Source: Vicugna vicugna
Lineage: Eukaryota
Reading direction: 5' to 3'
Length of the DNA stretch: 64,000 bases
Assembly (NCBI GenBank): GCA_013265495.1
Contig: MU058009.1
Span: forward strand, 2,358,001-2,422,000
Position 1 is the stretch's first letter, and each line of letters opens with the position of its first letter. The position numbers and the translations under genes were made by a program. The notes beneath the pieces are model-generated. The model saw only the letters and a list, made by a program, of their open reading frames with translations. It was not told the origin of the DNA and did no database searches. Of this stretch, positions 60,526 through 64,000 are shown in pieces.

Positions 60526-63211
60526 AGAAGGAAACAGTGGTGCCCAGTGGCACCAAACGAGGTGGCAGCCCTGGCTCAACACTTTGCCTGATCATTTCAC
60601 CCGTCTGAGAACTTTTAAAGCCCCTCCGTCCTTCGGTCAGTTAGGATTCCAGCCCCTGAGAAGAACCACGAGCTTCTCCCTACATTTTGCTGGGGAAGCA
60701 GAAATAGGGACAGCCATCCTGCGACAGCCAGGCCACGCCTCAGCTGGTGTCTTCCAAGTAGCACTTCCCCGCTCTGAAGGGGGGCTCCCCCAGCCCTCTC
60801 CACCCATGCCCTCTTGTCTGGACTAAATGTGAAGGGCTTCTGGATGAAACCTTACAGACGGTTGTTAACCGGGACGATACCTTGCACTCGGCCAGCTCTG
60901 CTTTTCCCTCTTTTCCCATCTCACGCACCTGCTCACCTGCTCTGGGATTACTTCTCCACCCACTGGCTCTGCTCCCTCCCTCCCCGGGTCCTGAACAGAA
61001 CCGACCCTCCTCACTCAGCGGCCACACAGCTCATCCACCAGGAGGACAGGTTTCACCGCGGGCTCTGAGAACCTGGCAGGCAGAGAGAACACGGCCTCCT
61101 CCTGGATGGCCTGCAGGGAGTGTTTATGCCCTGTCAGCTCCCACTGTGGAGAAGGGGCTATAAGGGAGCTCCGTCCTGTGGACAGATGCAGCCCCTGAAC
61201 CTGGACGGTGCTTGGCACATGTAGACACTCAGTAAACACTTTGTTGACTCGCACAGTGGAAAGGTCACGGCGATAACTTTTCAGGAGGATGTCGTACAGT
61301 TCTGTGGGACGCTAGGGTGACACAGCATCCGAGCACAGGGGCACATGCTTCCTCTCGGCCACCCCGGCCACCTACTGCAGCGGGATCTGTGGGGAAGGAG
61401 GAAAGGAGAGGGGAGACAGGGCAGCCTTTGTACCATCCTAGCCCGTGTGGTGGCTCAAAGACCTTGTGAACTTGGCAGAGCCTGTGAGGAGCTGAGACTT
61501 ACAGCACGTGCACGCAGCCCCATGCTGGCGGTCCTAGGACCACATAGCTAGCAAACTCACATTTGCACTACCGAAGCCCTGGGCGTTCCTAGCACCGGCC
61601 ACCTAACCTTGCACCGCAGAAAGGCAGTGAGCAGCGTGTTCAGTGCCAGACCATTTGTTAGAATCCCAATCACTGGCCCTTGGACACAGCCCAGCTCCTG
61701 GTCTCCAGTCCTCCCAGTGCCCCGGGTCCACCTCTGAGGCTGCTCCTGCCTCCGGGCCGGAAGCACATGCCCTCATCCTCCCAGGTCAAGGCTCTGAGGA
61801 CACACGTGCTCCGCCACTACCTCTAGTGGAAACAGCTGGACTGCGAAATAGTGACAGATCACAGAAGAAGAAAATGCTTCTTAAATGGAGCTGAGAGCCG
61901 TCCACAACCATCCCCTGGTAACAGACACCATCACGTTAATCCAGGTCTCTGGTTACTGGCCAACTGGAGTTTCATCCCTTTCCTTAATGAGGCTGAAAGT
62001 GCCAGAATATTTCAGCTGTGAAGCAGACAGGGCCCCTGGGAGAGTGGCAGGTCTCTCCAGTTACCTGTCCACACGGAGGCAGCAGTCTGATTCCGGGGGA
62101 GGAGGTCCCACTGGAAGCAAGTATCTCTCCAGTTTATCTGCACTGCTTCAGGGGAACAGAACATCATTAACTGTGCTTGTTTGTCAATGAAGCCATAAGT
62201 TTGAAAAAAAATCCCCCTAAGTTCTTCTGCTAAAACCCACGTGACTACCTCCTGATACGTCTCAACCCCTCAGCATCTCTCCCCCACCCTAGTCCATGTG
62301 CACCCGGACCTGGCTGACTGCAGCCACCCCCGAGCTGGTGTCCCTGAAACTGTGCTCCCTTCCCGTCCATTCGCCCCTCCAGCTGGAATCATCTCCCCCT
62401 GAATCCTTCCCTGAAACCTTCCAGTAGTTTCCATTGTCCTTAGGGCTGAGTTCAGGCTCCTTACCATGATCCGACTCCTCCCAGCCACTCCCACTCCTCC
62501 ATCTCTTACTCAACAAAAGAGCCACACTCAGCTCCTTTCCATTTTTCCAAGACACCACGCCTCCATCCCTTCCAGGTTGTCCAGGACCCTCCATCCTTCA
62601 TGGCAGCACCCCCCATCTCCCACACTCATCTTCCTCCGTCCCTCCCCGCTGCTTTCAGCCCATCTCTTCACCCACCAACTCTACTCATCCAAGCCTGCTG
62701 CCTGTAGATTTCTGCTCCCCAGACCCGGTTACCTCCCCCTGCTCTGCACCATCATCTGTCTGAACTGAGCCCGTCTTAACCCTCATTAACACTCTGTGAT
62801 GGCAGGCTTCCCACGTGCCCGAGAGCCAGTCCCTGCCTGGCTTGTTGGCTCCCCATGGCTCTCCAAACATCCCTGCATCAGTAAATGTGGGCTGGATGAA
62901 AACACAGACTCATTCCAGAACAGCCATGATGCCCAACCTCTCCGCTACCTTCCCAAACTCCTGCCCAACATGCGCTTCCAGTTCTGGGCTCCTCCTTTTA
63001 TATTCAATCACACGACGCCAGCTTCCCTGTTCTATTTCCCTGTGACATAACTCCTGTTGTTACTTTTCGCTGCCCCCTCACTGACTCAGCCTCATGTTCC
63101 TCCCCTAGTCAGGACAGCCCACCCCACCAAGGACCTCAGAAGTTCCTGGAAACTTTGAGAAGTGCTGAAGAATTGGCTGCTTAACTTTTCGAGGCTGTGG
63201 GGAGGGCTGGC

Positions 63212-63225
63212 CCGCCCCCTAGAGG
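63212..63225 (-). promoter_or_regulatory. Candidate CTCF core motif
   Basis: Minus strand CCTCTAGGGGGCGG, one mismatch to CCASYAGRKGGCRS. Confidence 0.35.
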
Positions 63226-64000
63226 TGACAGTGAGAACTTGTGTAAAGTCACCTGGGCCCACCCTCACCCCACCATCCCCATCAGTAATTTCCAGGATCC
63301 CCAGAATTGCTAAGTGCAAATCCAGAAGGACCGGTAGGAGTCCTCCAGCCCAGCTGCCAACATTTACAGATGAAAACACGACCCATAAGATCTCAAAGAA
63401 GAAAGATGGTGAAAATGCCGGTCTGCGGTCCCTCCTCGCCCCTCCTCGCCCCTCCCAGCCCCCTCCTCCTCCAGCATTTTAGGCCCACCCACTACAAATT
63501 CAGAGAGTCGGCAGACACAGGCACCGGGGGTGGACACCGGCTGCATTCCTTCCCTCTCTGACGGAGTGAAAAAGTGTCACTGTCCTAGGAGAGTGTTTTA
63601 GGGCCAGGGACAGAGGTCTAAAGCACCAAGTGAGAGGCGGGCCCTTGGTGTGGGAGCATATCCAGGAACACGATTCCCTGATCGCTCTCCTAGAATTATC
63701 CAAGACGATCCAAAGCCTTGTTCTAACAGAGCTCAATCACCCATAAAGCAAAACACCTGGAGCGCTCTGGTCAAGTTTAGTAATCACATGAAGTGGGAAA
63801 TATTTACTCACAGACCTTCTGCGGTGCGTGCATGATAAAATGAGTGGCATTTTTGGGGTTTTTTTCCCTTAAGTCAGATGCAGCTCTACCCAACGCCTGC
63901 CGAGCCTGAAATGAGATGAACCTCTCTCACCGTCAATACTCTGGGGAGATACTAGGGTTTGGGGAAGGTGACGGGGGAGCCATGGATTTAACACAGATGT

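Noticed and set aside
1..64000. CRISPR array, operon or other prokaryote-style novel system
   Set aside because: The sequence is mammalian repeat-rich non-coding DNA; I saw no regularly spaced repeat-spacer array or gene cluster

Overview
Mammalian genomic DNA, most likely a camelid (camel/alpaca/llama). The species call is an inference from three tRNA-Ala-derived SINEs of the vic-1 type and artiodactyl-type L1 3' ends. I recognise no protein-coding gene. The ORFs in the track fall into three groups: GC-rich chance ORFs, decayed L1 ORF2, and DNA-transposase remnants. The window has a CpG-island promoter-like region at about 1.0-2.25 kb and a second CpG-rich patch at about 14.8-16.3 kb. It has a dense layer of old repeats (L1M, L2, MIR, MLT/ERVL LTRs, hAT and Tigger-like elements) and several young L1/SINE insertions with visible target-site duplications (TSDs). 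About ten repeat-free AT-rich, TAAT-rich blocks look like conserved developmental enhancers. The most distinctive object is an ~850-bp fossil Mutator-like (MULE) DNA transposon at 46653-47506. It has terminal inverted repeats (TIRs) built of 15-bp subunits and a readable transposase C-terminus, and it is nested in an L1MC 3' end. There are also several weak splice-site-bounded candidate exons of unknown transcripts. I found no evidence for a new multi-gene biological system. Repeat family names come from memory of consensus sequences and were not verified by search; repeat boundaries are approximate unless a TSD is given.
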